A DNA stretch of 64,000 nucleotides from contig JANQPI010000029.1 in NCBI GenBank assembly GCA_028289585.1, positions 12,169 through 76,168 on the forward strand, written 5' to 3'. The notes under the pieces were generated by a model. That model made no database searches. It had not been told where the DNA came from and was given only the letters and a program-made list of their open reading frames with translations. The translations under genes were made by a program, and so were the position numbers. Source of the DNA: Candidatus Zixiibacteriota bacterium (GTDB lineage: Bacteria; Zixibacteria; MSB-5A5; GN15; FEB-12). Positions 17,438 to 27,065 of this stretch are shown here, one piece after another. The first letter of the stretch is position 1. Each line of letters opens with the position of its first letter.

Positions 17438-18421
17438 ATGGCTCCTGAGTCGGCGTCAACTCCAACGCGTACGTTTTCCGTAGCTGACATCGATCAGCGC
17501 TTACTGCGAGGTCAGAACGACCAGTGGCTGCGCCTGATTGAATCTCGTTTCGAGAGTCGAATCATCGCTCGCGGCGATACCTTCGTGATCGAGGGGCCAG
17601 GCGAAGATGCCATGCTCGTGGAGCGTCTCCTGCATGACCTGGTTAAGCGTATTCACCACGGCGAGTTTCTGACCGAGCAGTATGTCAGTTACGCCATTTC
17701 CATGATTCGCGAGAACGGTATCGGTCCGGCGGCAGAACTATCGACCGAGAACCTGCTCAGCTCGTCCCTCAAGAAAGTCATCAAGGCGAAGACCGTCGGA
17801 CAGGCCCGATATCTGGAAGCTGTCGATCGCCATGACATTGTGTTCGCAATCGGTCCGGCAGGCACCGGTAAGACGTACCTGGCCGTAGCGATGGCCGTCG
17901 CCGAGCTGCGTGCCAAACGTGTCAATCGGATCGTCTTCACTCGACCGGCTGTTGAGGCAGGGGAGTCTCTCGGCTTTCTGCCCGGTGATATCCGCGCCAA
18001 AGTTGATCCCTACCTGCGCCCGGTTTACGATGCTCTCTACGACATGCTCCCGCAGGAGAAGATGCGAAGTTTGCTCGATCTCGGTGTCATCGAAATTGCC
18101 CCTCTCGCTTTCATGCGCGGTCGGACGCTCAATGAGGCGTTCGTCGTTCTCGATGAAGCACAGAACACGACCAACGCTCAGATGAAGATGTTCCTGACAC
18201 GGATCGGGGAGAAATCAAAAGCCGTAATCACGGGGGATGTAACCCAGATTGATCTGCCGCAGAAGGGGAGTTCCGGTTTGATTCGTGTCCAACAGGTGCT
18301 CAAGGGAGTTTCGGGAATCGCATTTCTCAAGCTGACGGAAAAGGATGTTGTACGTCACCGTTTGGTTCAGGAGATCATCAAAGCGTACGAGCGCCACGAC
18401 GGTCCGGGTCAACGTCACTAA
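17438..18421 (+). CDS. PhoH family ATPase (PhoH-like/YbeZ)
   Basis: GPAGTGKT, RPAVEAGE.LGFLPG, RGRTL, DEAQN, GDVTQIDL and VVRH. Confidence 0.95.
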   Translation: MAPESASTPTRTFSVADIDQRLLRGQNDQWLRLIESRFESRIIARGDTFVIEGPGEDAMLVERLLHDLVKRIHHGEFLTEQYVSYAISMIRENGIGPAAELSTENLLSSSLKKVIKAKTVGQARYLEAVDRHDIVFAIGPAGTGKTYLAVAMAVAELRAKRVNRIVFTRPAVEAGESLGFLPGDIRAKVDPYLRPVYDALYDMLPQEKMRSLLDLGVIEIAPLAFMRGRTLNEAFVVLDEAQNTTNAQMKMFLTRIGEKSKAVITGDVTQIDLPQKGSSGLIRVQQVLKGVSGIAFLKLTEKDVVRHRLVQEIIKAYERHDGPGQRH

Positions 18422-18442
18422 TCGGACCCTAGGGCGGTAATA

Positions 18443-20716
18443 GTGTTCCGCGCGCTCATTCGCCTACAGCGTCGCCTCAAGCGACTGCTCAAAATCCAGA
18501 CCGCGACCCGGCAACGTGCCGCCATTGGTCGACGGCATACCGCGATTCGCATCGCGCTCCTCGTCATCACTGGAGCCGGGATCGGTCTCCTCTATTCGGG
18601 CGACACACTTTTTGAACCGCTCGACATTCCCCGCGAAGGCGAACTCGCGCGCGAGGACGTTATTGCTCCGTTCCGCATCGAGGTGCAGAAGTCGGCGCGA
18701 GAACTGGAACGGGAACGCGAGAACATTCGCGCGTCGATTCCGTTCGTCATCGATTACGACTCAACGATTCTTCCGCGCTCCCTTTCCACAATGCGTCGTT
18801 TTGCCACTCTTGTTGATTCGATCCGAACCCAGGTCGCCGTCGATACCGCCGCCGCTCGTGTTATTGCTGACAGTATCTGGATTCAGCAGATTGAGCGACG
18901 GTTCCCGATGCTTTCGACCAACGCGATTGCCGATGCTTTTACCTCCGATATTGATCTCTCTTTGATGGTAACCCGTATCGGGCAGGTCTTTGTCGAGGAA
19001 CTCTACTCTCCGGGAGTCCTGCGTTCACGAAGCGACCTGCCGACGAGTCGAGAGTTTCAGACATTCGTCATTCGGGCGGGGGAGACGGAGTCGGTCGTCA
19101 ATCGAGATGAGTTGATTGATATGCCGGTAGCGACCGCCAAGCTCCTGTCCATTTTGAACCAGCGTGGCGACTCACTTCGCTTTTCGGTCGATGCCTACTA
19201 TTTCATTGGACGATCATTTGTCCAGCCGAACTTGCGGGTGAACATGGCGGAACACGAGCGGCGAGTCGACGAAGCGATCACACGGCTGTCCGAGGTCTCC
19301 GAAGTTCTATTCCCGGGAGACGTCATCGTTTCAGCTCGCCAACGGGTCACTGAACGCCAGGAACGCATTCTTCGCGAGATGGTTCGTCAGCAGTCGGCAC
19401 TTGATTCGAGTGAGAGTTTTCTGCAACCGATCCTGCCGGCGGTGTCTCGCCTTGCGCTCGTGTTGGTTGTGTTGGCCGGACTGTTCATCTTTCTGAAGAC
19501 GTTCCGCCGTGATATCTATTATTCGCATCAGAAGTTGTTCGGACTCATGCTGCTCTTTGGCGTCCAGTTCGCAGCGTTGTGGCTGGCCGAGCTTGCGTCC
19601 GACCAGTACAGCGTGACCTCGTTGTACGCGCTCCCAGTCGCCATTTTACCAATCATGGTCGCGGTCCTGTTCGACAGCGAAGTCTCGATTCTGGCAACGT
19701 TGGGGTTGGCGATGCTTGTTGGCGTCACACAGAAATTCGCGTTCCCGGCGGTGCTGCTCACCGTTATTGTTGGGATAACCGGAGCGTTCGTCTCGCGCCA
19801 TGTTCAGCAGCGGTCACATTTCTATCGTATCTGGCTCGTTGTGGTCCTCGCCTATTTCCTGGTCGCGCTGGTCCTCGAACAACTTCTGATGACCGAGCAA
19901 CATGAGGTCCTCGAAGACCTGTTGATCGGGCTGATCATGGGCACGATTACCGTCGCTGTCATTACCTTCCTTCTGCCGTTCTTCGAGTCTCTGTTCGGGT
20001 TCACGACCGATATTCGTCTCCTGGAGCTGTCCGACCTTAATCGACCGTTGCTCAAACGATTAGCTCTCGAGGCGCCCGGGACGTACCACCACTCCATTAT
20101 GGTTGGCAATCTCTGTGAGGCGGCTGCCAAGGCGATTGGGGGTAATCCGCTACTGGCCCGGGTGGGTGCGTACTATCATGATATCGGGAAGATCGAGATA
20201 CCCGAGTATTTCGTGGAAAATCAACTTGGTGTCAAATCACGGCATGAGAACATCTCTCCAACGATGTCGGCGATGATCCTGGCGTCGCATGTTAAAAAAG
20301 GTCGAGCTCTCGGTGAGGATGCAGACCTGCCGGATGCGGTGCTTGATTTCATTGAAGAGCACCATGGTACGATGGTCATGAGCTACTTCTACAGTAAGGC
20401 GCAGGAGCAGGGTGACGATGATGTCGACGAGATGAAATTCCGTTACCCGGGCCCCAAACCACAGACCCGCGAAACAGGAATCTCGATGCTTGCCGATGCG
20501 GTTGAGGCCTCAAGTCGTACGCTCGACGATCCCAAGCCGGCACGTGTCGACTCGCTCATCCAGCGGATTATCAACGATCGCTTTCAGTCCGGAGAGCTGT
20601 CCGAGTGTCCGTTGACGCTGGCCGATCTGGCTCTGATCAAGAGCGCGTTTGCTCAAATTCTCATTGCCGCGTTTCACCATCGCGTTCGCTATCCGGCCGG
20701 TGTTCAGCCCGACTGA
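18443..20716 (+). CDS. 7TM-HD family phosphohydrolase (PgpH-like cyclic dinucleotide phosphodiesterase)
   Basis: Extracytoplasmic domain, seven TM helices and an HD domain (APGTYHHS, YYHDIGK, EHHGT, LADAVEA). Conserved position between phoH and ybeY. Confidence 0.9.
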   Translation: MFRALIRLQRRLKRLLKIQTATRQRAAIGRRHTAIRIALLVITGAGIGLLYSGDTLFEPLDIPREGELAREDVIAPFRIEVQKSARELERERENIRASIPFVIDYDSTILPRSLSTMRRFATLVDSIRTQVAVDTAAARVIADSIWIQQIERRFPMLSTNAIADAFTSDIDLSLMVTRIGQVFVEELYSPGVLRSRSDLPTSREFQTFVIRAGETESVVNRDELIDMPVATAKLLSILNQRGDSLRFSVDAYYFIGRSFVQPNLRVNMAEHERRVDEAITRLSEVSEVLFPGDVIVSARQRVTERQERILREMVRQQSALDSSESFLQPILPAVSRLALVLVVLAGLFIFLKTFRRDIYYSHQKLFGLMLLFGVQFAALWLAELASDQYSVTSLYALPVAILPIMVAVLFDSEVSILATLGLAMLVGVTQKFAFPAVLLTVIVGITGAFVSRHVQQRSHFYRIWLVVVLAYFLVALVLEQLLMTEQHEVLEDLLIGLIMGTITVAVITFLLPFFESLFGFTTDIRLLELSDLNRPLLKRLALEAPGTYHHSIMVGNLCEAAAKAIGGNPLLARVGAYYHDIGKIEIPEYFVENQLGVKSRHENISPTMSAMILASHVKKGRALGEDADLPDAVLDFIEEHHGTMVMSYFYSKAQEQGDDDVDEMKFRYPGPKPQTRETGISMLADAVEASSRTLDDPKPARVDSLIQRIINDRFQSGELSECPLTLADLALIKSAFAQILIAAFHHRVRYPAGVQPD

Positions 20717-20717
20717 T

Positions 20718-21149
20718 ATGGAATTCGCGATCACCAAAGCGACTGCTACTCGCGTTCCTCGCCAGCGATTGCAGTCCCTGGCCCGAGCAATCGGTCGAGG
20801 CGAAAAGCTGCGGCCAGGTGACCGGGCGAGCTTGATTTTTGGCTCGGATAATCTCCTGAGACAGCTCAATGCCCGTTGGCGGGACAACGATCGACCCACC
20901 GACGTTCTCTCGTTCCCGTTCGATGACGATGGTTTTTTAGGCGAGATCTATATCTCGGTCGAGACTGCCGCTCGCCAGGCGGTTACGTATGAGGCGACGC
21001 TCTCCCAGGAGTACTTGAGGCTGGCGTGTCACGGGTGTCTGCATCTGCTTGGTTATGACCATGTTGTCGACAGTGATGCGCAACGGATGCGGGTCGCCGA
21101 GCAGCGCTACTTACGGCCATTTATCGCTGAACGAGATGTCACGTGGTGA
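20718..21149 (+). CDS. ybeY: Endoribonuclease YbeY
   Basis: TDVLSFP, GEIYIS and HGCLHLLGYDH metal-binding motif. ATG at 20718. Confidence 0.93.
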   Translation: MEFAITKATATRVPRQRLQSLARAIGRGEKLRPGDRASLIFGSDNLLRQLNARWRDNDRPTDVLSFPFDDDGFLGEIYISVETAARQAVTYEATLSQEYLRLACHGCLHLLGYDHVVDSDAQRMRVAEQRYLRPFIAERDVTW

Positions 21150-22447
21150 TAGTGCTGACACTGCTCATTTCCTTCGTGCTCTTTGCCGTGGAATACGTGG
21201 TGGCCGCGTACGCGCTGGTGGTGTACATCGATACGGAGGATCTCTCCGGTCGTTATGCCTCGGTCGGTGGGTGGCGACGGCGCTGGTTGCTGCGCATTGT
21301 TGATGATTCGCGTCAGCCACTGCAGACCCTTGCCGTCTGGCGTTCACTCGTTCTGCTGGTGGTGACAGTCCTGACGTTAACCTCAGTCCATGATGTCGTG
21401 GGTACGACTGAACGTGGGGGATGGGTCGTCTATGTGCTGGCGCTGCTCGGCGTTTGGCTGGTTCACCTCCTGGCTGTCGAGCTCCTTCCCCGGCGGACGT
21501 CGCGTAAACTGCTCGAGGATCAACTCCCCCACTTCCTCTGGCTCATTGCCGTCGTCTCGTTTCTCACGTTTCCGTTTGTTCAATTGTATCGTGCCGGCCT
21601 CGCGCGTCGGGAACCTCGGGAGGAAGACCGGGATGAGGATCGAGAAGACCTGATCGAACGGGCGCTCGCAACGGTTATGGAACAGGCCGGTGCTGACACC
21701 GAGCTGCTTGAGGCGCAGGAGCGTCAGATGATCGGATCGATCGTCCAGCTTAGCCAGACCGTTGCTCGCGAAATCATGGTGCCGCGCATCGATATCCACG
21801 GCCTGCCGCGAATGACCTCTACCTACGCCATCCGGGAAGTGCTAACCGGTACGGGGCACTCCCGATTTCCGGTGTACGACAACGATATCGATACGATCAT
21901 TGGCGTTCTTTATGTGAAAGATTTTCTCAAGCTTGAGTCATTGCCTACCGGCGATCTTGATCTCGCCGCTCATGTTCGACCGGCATTCTTCACACCAGAG
22001 TCAAAACCGATTTCTGACCTGCTCCGGGATTTTCGAACGGAGCAGGTACATCTCGCGATTGTCGTCGACGAATACGGAGGTGTTGCCGGGCTGGTGACAC
22101 TTGAGGATATCCTCGAGGAGATCGTGGGCGAGATCCAGGATGAGCACGATATCGAAGAGGCGGACTTCAAGCCGCTCCCGGATGGTGGCTTTTCGGTCGA
22201 TGCTGGTCTTTTAGTCGAGGAATTGCAGGAGTACATCCACACCGATTTCGAGACAGGCGACTATGACACAGTGGGTGGACTCATTTACCATTTGGTCGGT
22301 TCCGTTCCGCGGGAAGGTATGAAGGTACGCTGGCGCTCACTTCGGTTCACGGTCATCAGTGTGGAGGGGCAGCGGATCAAGCGGGTTGAGGTGCACCGAC
22401 GTAACCGCGACCGGGACAGCAGTAGCGACAGCTCGGCAGGTGGGTGA
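21143..22447 (+). CDS. Hemolysin/CorC (CNNM-CBS-CorC) family transporter
   Basis: N-terminal TMs, a CBS pair (REIMVPR, HSRFPVY, VVDEYGGVAGLVTLEDILEEIVGEI) and a CorC C-terminus. Confidence 0.9.
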   Translation: MVIVLTLLISFVLFAVEYVVAAYALVVYIDTEDLSGRYASVGGWRRRWLLRIVDDSRQPLQTLAVWRSLVLLVVTVLTLTSVHDVVGTTERGGWVVYVLALLGVWLVHLLAVELLPRRTSRKLLEDQLPHFLWLIAVVSFLTFPFVQLYRAGLARREPREEDRDEDREDLIERALATVMEQAGADTELLEAQERQMIGSIVQLSQTVAREIMVPRIDIHGLPRMTSTYAIREVLTGTGHSRFPVYDNDIDTIIGVLYVKDFLKLESLPTGDLDLAAHVRPAFFTPESKPISDLLRDFRTEQVHLAIVVDEYGGVAGLVTLEDILEEIVGEIQDEHDIEEADFKPLPDGGFSVDAGLLVEELQEYIHTDFETGDYDTVGGLIYHLVGSVPREGMKVRWRSLRFTVISVEGQRIKRVEVHRRNRDRDSSSDSSAGG

Positions 22448-22484
22448 CGCAGATCCTGCGGCGACACGGGAACCTGTTATTACC

Positions 22485-22539
22485 TTGACCGTTTCCCAAG
22501 TACCGGGTATACTAAAACAGATTCTGCGTTGATATACCC
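22485..22539 (+). promoter_or_regulatory. Sigma70 promoter with an overlapping inverted repeat, upstream of the small secreted ORF
   Basis: TTGACC (22485-22490), 17 nt, TATACT (22508-22513). GGGTATA (22505-22511) / TATACCC (22533-22539) inverted repeat overlaps the -10. Confidence 0.65.
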
Positions 22540-22648
22540 AGCCAATACGGGTTTCGTAGGCCGCAGCTACCATGTGTTCGCCTTGCTAGCATCAACGCAA
22601 GCACTTCGAAGATAACGTTTCATCATATAGTTTCGTAGGAGCAGAAGC

Positions 22649-22933
22649 ATGCGCAGAGATACTCTGTGGCTATTGGGGTTACTTGGCCTGATTATCGTGG
22701 CCGTGGCCCCCACCGGAGTAACCGGTGAGCATCCGTGGGATGTCGATCAGCGAATTGCAACCGATACCTTTATCGATTGGGATGACGAGCACCGCGATCC
22801 CGGTGATTCGGTCATTGTCGATACGCTCCAGGTCGACCTCCAGCCACGAAATCCCGTCGCACCAGTTCCCGTCGTGAGCGATTACTTCCGCTGGTTATCG
22901 CTCTGGTTCACCATTTCGAGCGTTGCGCTCTAG
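22649..22933 (+). CDS. Small secreted protein / putative signalling pre-propeptide (94 aa)
   Basis: RBS AGGAG at 22637-22641. Sec-type signal (MRR + LWLLGLLGLIIVAVA), then GEHPWD, an acidic linker and an amphipathic aromatic C-terminus (DYFRWLSLWF). Confidence 0.7.
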   Translation: MRRDTLWLLGLLGLIIVAVAPTGVTGEHPWDVDQRIATDTFIDWDDEHRDPGDSVIVDTLQVDLQPRNPVAPVPVVSDYFRWLSLWFTISSVAL

Positions 22934-23010
22934 TGACCGCGCCGAACGAGAATTCTTGTGACTCGATCCGCCGTACTGCCCGGCCGGATCAGTAAGGACG
23001 ATCTGAACTG

Positions 23011-25944
23011 ATGCACGACACCTCACCGACGCAAACGACCGATGCCCGGCTTTCCGCGGCATTGGCTGCCTGGGTCGACCGCCGGATTGATGACCTGAAA
23101 GCATCGTTAAGCGAGCTCTCAGCCGATGAGTTCGTCAATCCTGCCGACAAAGGCCTGTTCCATATCATCCAAGGGGACTTGGGACTGCATGAAACCGATT
23201 ACCGGACGGCTATCAAACATGGCCTCGCCGGGGTCCGTGCGCTCGCCAATTCCTCGCACAATGTGCTCTATGCCCGGTCGCTGGTTGTTCTGTCCAAGGC
23301 GTACTACGCGGTTGGCGACCTCCGGCAGGCCGAGATGAAAGCGCGCGATGCCCTCTCGGCATATCGACGGGCTGGCGATATCGACGGCCAGATCAATGCG
23401 TTCAACTTGCAGGCGCGATGCAGCTTCACCCGATCTGACTACCCGGCAGCCGAACGATTCCTGGCCGATGCGGTGACACTCGCCGACGAAAACGAGGAAA
23501 AGCTGGCTCAGCTGACCGGTAACGCTGGTCGCGTGAAGATTCTTACGGGTAAATGGGACGAAGCCGCACGTGATCTGAAATTTGCGCTCGACTACCAAAC
23601 AGCCAACGACAAGCGCTCCTCTCAGGCGATCAACTTGCTATCAATTGGGTATCTGGCCCTTCGCCAGCGGGAGTTCGGCAAAGCCGAAAAGGTTTGGCAG
23701 AAGGCCGAGCGGTTAATCCGTGACCTTTCGCTCAAACGCGAGCAGGTCATTCTCCTCGAGTATCGGGGCGAGTTAGCGCTCGAACGATCTGATCTGTTTC
23801 GAGCCAAAGCGCATCTCAGCGAGGCGTATCATCAGGGGCGCCTGATCGCACCTGATTCGGCGCTCGTCTCCCAGGCGTCGCGACGACTGGCGGAAGTCGA
23901 GTGGGAACTCGACAATCTCGATGATGCGATGAAGCATGCGCAGAAGGCGCTCGACCTGGCACAGCAGCTCGGCGAGCGAATTGAAGCTGCCCTCGCGATG
24001 CGAACGATTGCCCGTATCTTTGCCGCTCACGGTGACGATGATTCGGCTGTTGAGCATATCACCGACGCGATTGCGCTCTGTCGCGACATTGGCGAACCCT
24101 ATGATCTGGCTCGCACGCTCCTTGTCGCCGCAGAACTGGCGAGTCGACCGGCTGTCGACGATTTTGCTCGAGCTCGTTCGTGGTTCGATGAGGCCGGCCG
24201 CATCTTCCGCCGTCTTGATGTCGATTACTGGCTCGCCGAGACCGATTACCGTTTCGGTGTTGTTTTGTGTCAGCAAGGCGAACTGGCTCGCGGTTTCCGC
24301 AAACTCTCACGGGCGGAGCGAATTTTCGCAGCCCTCGATGATTCCGGTCGCGTCCGTGCGGTTGAGCAGTTCATTCGTTCTCTGGCTGACCAGGCGGTTG
24401 CCGTATCGATCTCCGAGCAGAACACCTACAAGGTGTTCGGGAATTTTCTGACCGGAGATGAACTGTCCGACCTGCGGGACGGTCACATCGAAGATGTGTT
24501 CCGTGTCTTGCTCGATCGGTCCCATGGTGACCGGGCGATACTCTACCTGCCCGAATTTGCGTCGCATCCGGTGGTTTCGTCTCACAACATCTCAGCCGAC
24601 ACGGCCAAGTTGTTCGAAGACAACTTCCGACGCCTGATCGGTGAAGAGGTCCACCCGTCGCGACCTACGCTGCTGCTCGATACCCGCCGGGATCCGTATA
24701 TCAACGGACTTTTCGGCTCCGTCCCCGAGGTTGTCGCGTCCGTCATTGTGGTCCCCTTCCAGACTTCGGTGAGTACGACGGGCTACCTGTATGTCGATAA
24801 GCTGTCCGGGGAAGGCGGATTGAATCCGTTCGATCAGGCCGCTTTGAACTTCGCCGTCGGTTTTTCTGACCTGGTTGCGTTCAAGGCCGTGGAAATGCAA
24901 AAGGCATCCCTGATGGAGGATAATCGACGGCTGCGGGCCCAGATCGGCGAGTCTGTCGCCTTTCCGAATATCATTACCCAGAACGCCGACATGAGAGCGC
25001 TGCTTACTCAGGTCCAGCAGGTTGTCGACGCTACCATTACGGTGCTTATCGAAGGTGAGACTGGATCTGGTAAAGATCTTCTCGCCCGTGCGATTCACTA
25101 CAACTCTTCACGGCGCGACAAGCGGTTCATTTCGGTGAATTGTGCGGCCCTTCCTGAAACCTTGCTCGAATCAGAGCTCTTCGGCTATCGCAAGGGCGCG
25201 TTCACCGGTGCCGACCGTGACAAGATGGGGCTGTTTGAGGAAGCCGATGGCGGAACGTTTTTCCTGGATGAAATCGGCGATATGCCGCTTGCCATCCAGG
25301 TGAAGCTGCTGCGTGTCCTGGAAAGCCAGGAGGTCGTTCGACTCGGCGAGTCAACGCCGCGTAAGGTTGATGTTCGCGTTCTCTCCGCGACCAATAAGGA
25401 TCTGCGTGAGGCGATGGCGGCCAACGAGTTCCGTTCGGACCTCTACTATCGCCTGGCGGCGCTGTCGTTCCGGCTCCCGGCTTTGCGGGAACGGACCGAG
25501 GATATTCCCTTGTTGGTGAACCACTTCTTAAACAGTTCGGGAAAAGAGCTGAGTGCATCAGCGATGCAGGCGATGATTCGCTACCCGTGGCCCGGCAACA
25601 TTCGAGAGCTTGAGAATGAGGTCAAGAAGATGATACTCCTCGCAGGCGACCGGGTGCTGATCGACCATGAACTACTGGCTCGCAAGCTGACCGCAGGTTT
25701 ACCCGATTCGCAGGTCCCCGCAACGCCTGAGAATGCGACGGACAGTAAGGGTCTACCCCAGCTGAGCGAGAAATTCTCGCTCTACGATTTCATCGCAGCT
25801 CATGAGAAGCGGTTTCTCATTGCCGCATTGAAGGCGACCAAAGGAGTGAAGAAGCACGCCGCGGCGCGGTTATCGATCCCCGAGTCCACCCTTCGCCTCA
25901 AGCTGAAAGAATACGATATCGATCTGTCACAACTCGATGACTGA
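23011..25944 (+). CDS. TPR-GAF-AAA+-HTH sigma54-dependent transcriptional activator
   Basis: About 460 aa of TPR-like helical repeats, a GAF-like region, Walker A GETGSGKD, ESELFG..KGAFTGA, Walker B FFLDEI, DLYYRL and a C-terminal Fis-type HTH. No receiver domain or TM. Confidence 0.92.
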   Translation: MHDTSPTQTTDARLSAALAAWVDRRIDDLKASLSELSADEFVNPADKGLFHIIQGDLGLHETDYRTAIKHGLAGVRALANSSHNVLYARSLVVLSKAYYAVGDLRQAEMKARDALSAYRRAGDIDGQINAFNLQARCSFTRSDYPAAERFLADAVTLADENEEKLAQLTGNAGRVKILTGKWDEAARDLKFALDYQTANDKRSSQAINLLSIGYLALRQREFGKAEKVWQKAERLIRDLSLKREQVILLEYRGELALERSDLFRAKAHLSEAYHQGRLIAPDSALVSQASRRLAEVEWELDNLDDAMKHAQKALDLAQQLGERIEAALAMRTIARIFAAHGDDDSAVEHITDAIALCRDIGEPYDLARTLLVAAELASRPAVDDFARARSWFDEAGRIFRRLDVDYWLAETDYRFGVVLCQQGELARGFRKLSRAERIFAALDDSGRVRAVEQFIRSLADQAVAVSISEQNTYKVFGNFLTGDELSDLRDGHIEDVFRVLLDRSHGDRAILYLPEFASHPVVSSHNISADTAKLFEDNFRRLIGEEVHPSRPTLLLDTRRDPYINGLFGSVPEVVASVIVVPFQTSVSTTGYLYVDKLSGEGGLNPFDQAALNFAVGFSDLVAFKAVEMQKASLMEDNRRLRAQIGESVAFPNIITQNADMRALLTQVQQVVDATITVLIEGETGSGKDLLARAIHYNSSRRDKRFISVNCAALPETLLESELFGYRKGAFTGADRDKMGLFEEADGGTFFLDEIGDMPLAIQVKLLRVLESQEVVRLGESTPRKVDVRVLSATNKDLREAMAANEFRSDLYYRLAALSFRLPALRERTEDIPLLVNHFLNSSGKELSASAMQAMIRYPWPGNIRELENEVKKMILLAGDRVLIDHELLARKLTAGLPDSQVPATPENATDSKGLPQLSEKFSLYDFIAAHEKRFLIAALKATKGVKKHAAARLSIPESTLRLKLKEYDIDLSQLDD

Positions 25945-25965
25945 TTGGTTGATGCTTCAGCGACG

Positions 25966-26775
25966 ATGAGTTTGCCCATCCGCGGCCTGGTCACCTTTGG
26001 TGGTCAGGCCGCTGTCCATATGGCAATCGATGAGTGGTTGGCCGCCAAGGCTCTTCGCGAGCCGGCGATCTACCTCCGTCTCTATACCTGGGACGAGCCG
26101 GCGATTACGATCGGTTTCCATCAGGATCTCCAGCGCAGCGTTGCCATCTCGGCGCTGGGAACGACGCCGACAATCCGCCGCGTTACCGGTGGGCGGGCGC
26201 TCCTGCATGATCCGTCCGAACTTACCTACGCGGTGGCTGCGCCAACCGACCGCGGACCTCTGGCGGCCAATCTTGGCGCTACCGGGCGACTCATCGCTGC
26301 GACCTGGGAGGATTGGCTCGCCTCGATGGCCATCGCGGGGACGTATCAGCGGCAGGCGGCCCCGGCCGAACGGTCGCCCGATTTTGCCCGCACCGCAGCC
26401 TGTTTTGCCTCCCACAGTCGCCATGAGATCACCGGTCGACGAGGGAAGCTGGTTGCCTCGGCCCAACGTCGTCAGGATAATGTTCTCCTTCAGCATGGTT
26501 CCGTTAAGTGGCGGGGGATTCGCGCTCATCCGGCTTTGGGGTCGGTCGCCGGGGAATCGACCGAACCGCTCCCACCGGTTACCGAATCAGAACTGGCACA
26601 GGCGGCACACACTTGGATGCTTGCCTGTACGGAGCGGTTTGGCGGGGTGTTTGATAGCTATCAGCGAACGGCTGTCGACGACGCGGAAATTGCGTCAATC
26701 GCACGAAAAATTGCTTCCGAGCCACTCGCGCACCGAGATTTCGTTAAACAGACCCAAACGACCGCCAGTCAGTAA
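25966..26775 (+). CDS. Lipoate-protein ligase A / octanoyltransferase (LipM-like) family
   Basis: MAIDEWL, LRLYTW..PAITIG, RRVTGGRALLH, KLVASAQ and LQHGS. Confidence 0.88.
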   Translation: MSLPIRGLVTFGGQAAVHMAIDEWLAAKALREPAIYLRLYTWDEPAITIGFHQDLQRSVAISALGTTPTIRRVTGGRALLHDPSELTYAVAAPTDRGPLAANLGATGRLIAATWEDWLASMAIAGTYQRQAAPAERSPDFARTAACFASHSRHEITGRRGKLVASAQRRQDNVLLQHGSVKWRGIRAHPALGSVAGESTEPLPPVTESELAQAAHTWMLACTERFGGVFDSYQRTAVDDAEIASIARKIASEPLAHRDFVKQTQTTASQ

Positions 26776-26860
26776 GTTGACAGGCAAAACCCGGGGAAAA
26801 AGCGCTTGACGACGCACTCGCCAAGCGGCTTTCTTGCCCCTCACGGCAATGCCTTAGGTG

Positions 26861-26890
26861 TTGTCTGGCTGAGATTTGGCTCGATATGAT
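26861..26890 (+). promoter_or_regulatory. Candidate sigma70 promoter of the TonB receptor operon
   Basis: TTGTCT (26861-26866), 18 nt, TATGAT (26885-26890). Confidence 0.4.
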
Positions 26891-27065
26891 AGGGTCCTTC
26901 GGAGTTGCGTCGGGAAGCGTCATCAAACCGCCTGAAAGAGCACGGCTCGTACGTCACACCGGTCTTCACTTACCCGCCATGTGGGCCGATATCGACCGTA
27001 ACGCACACGGTCATCATTCGACTGAGGATAGCATGCTTATGATAGGTCTGCGAGGAGGTTTCGCG

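Noticed and set aside
17438-22447. phoH - 7TM/HD - ybeY - corC cluster as a novel system
   Set aside because: A well-known conserved bacterial gene neighbourhood.
26866-26881. Possible sigma54 site TGGC-N7-TGGC upstream of the TonB receptor
   Set aside because: It fits only the minimal GG-N10-GC pattern, which is common in GC-rich DNA, and overlaps a better sigma70 candidate.
26891-27065. Riboswitch in the ~170-nt TonB receptor leader
   Set aside because: Only a 6-bp hairpin (GACCGT/ACGGTC) was evident; I could not match cobalamin, TPP or c-di-GMP consensus by eye. An Rfam scan would settle it.
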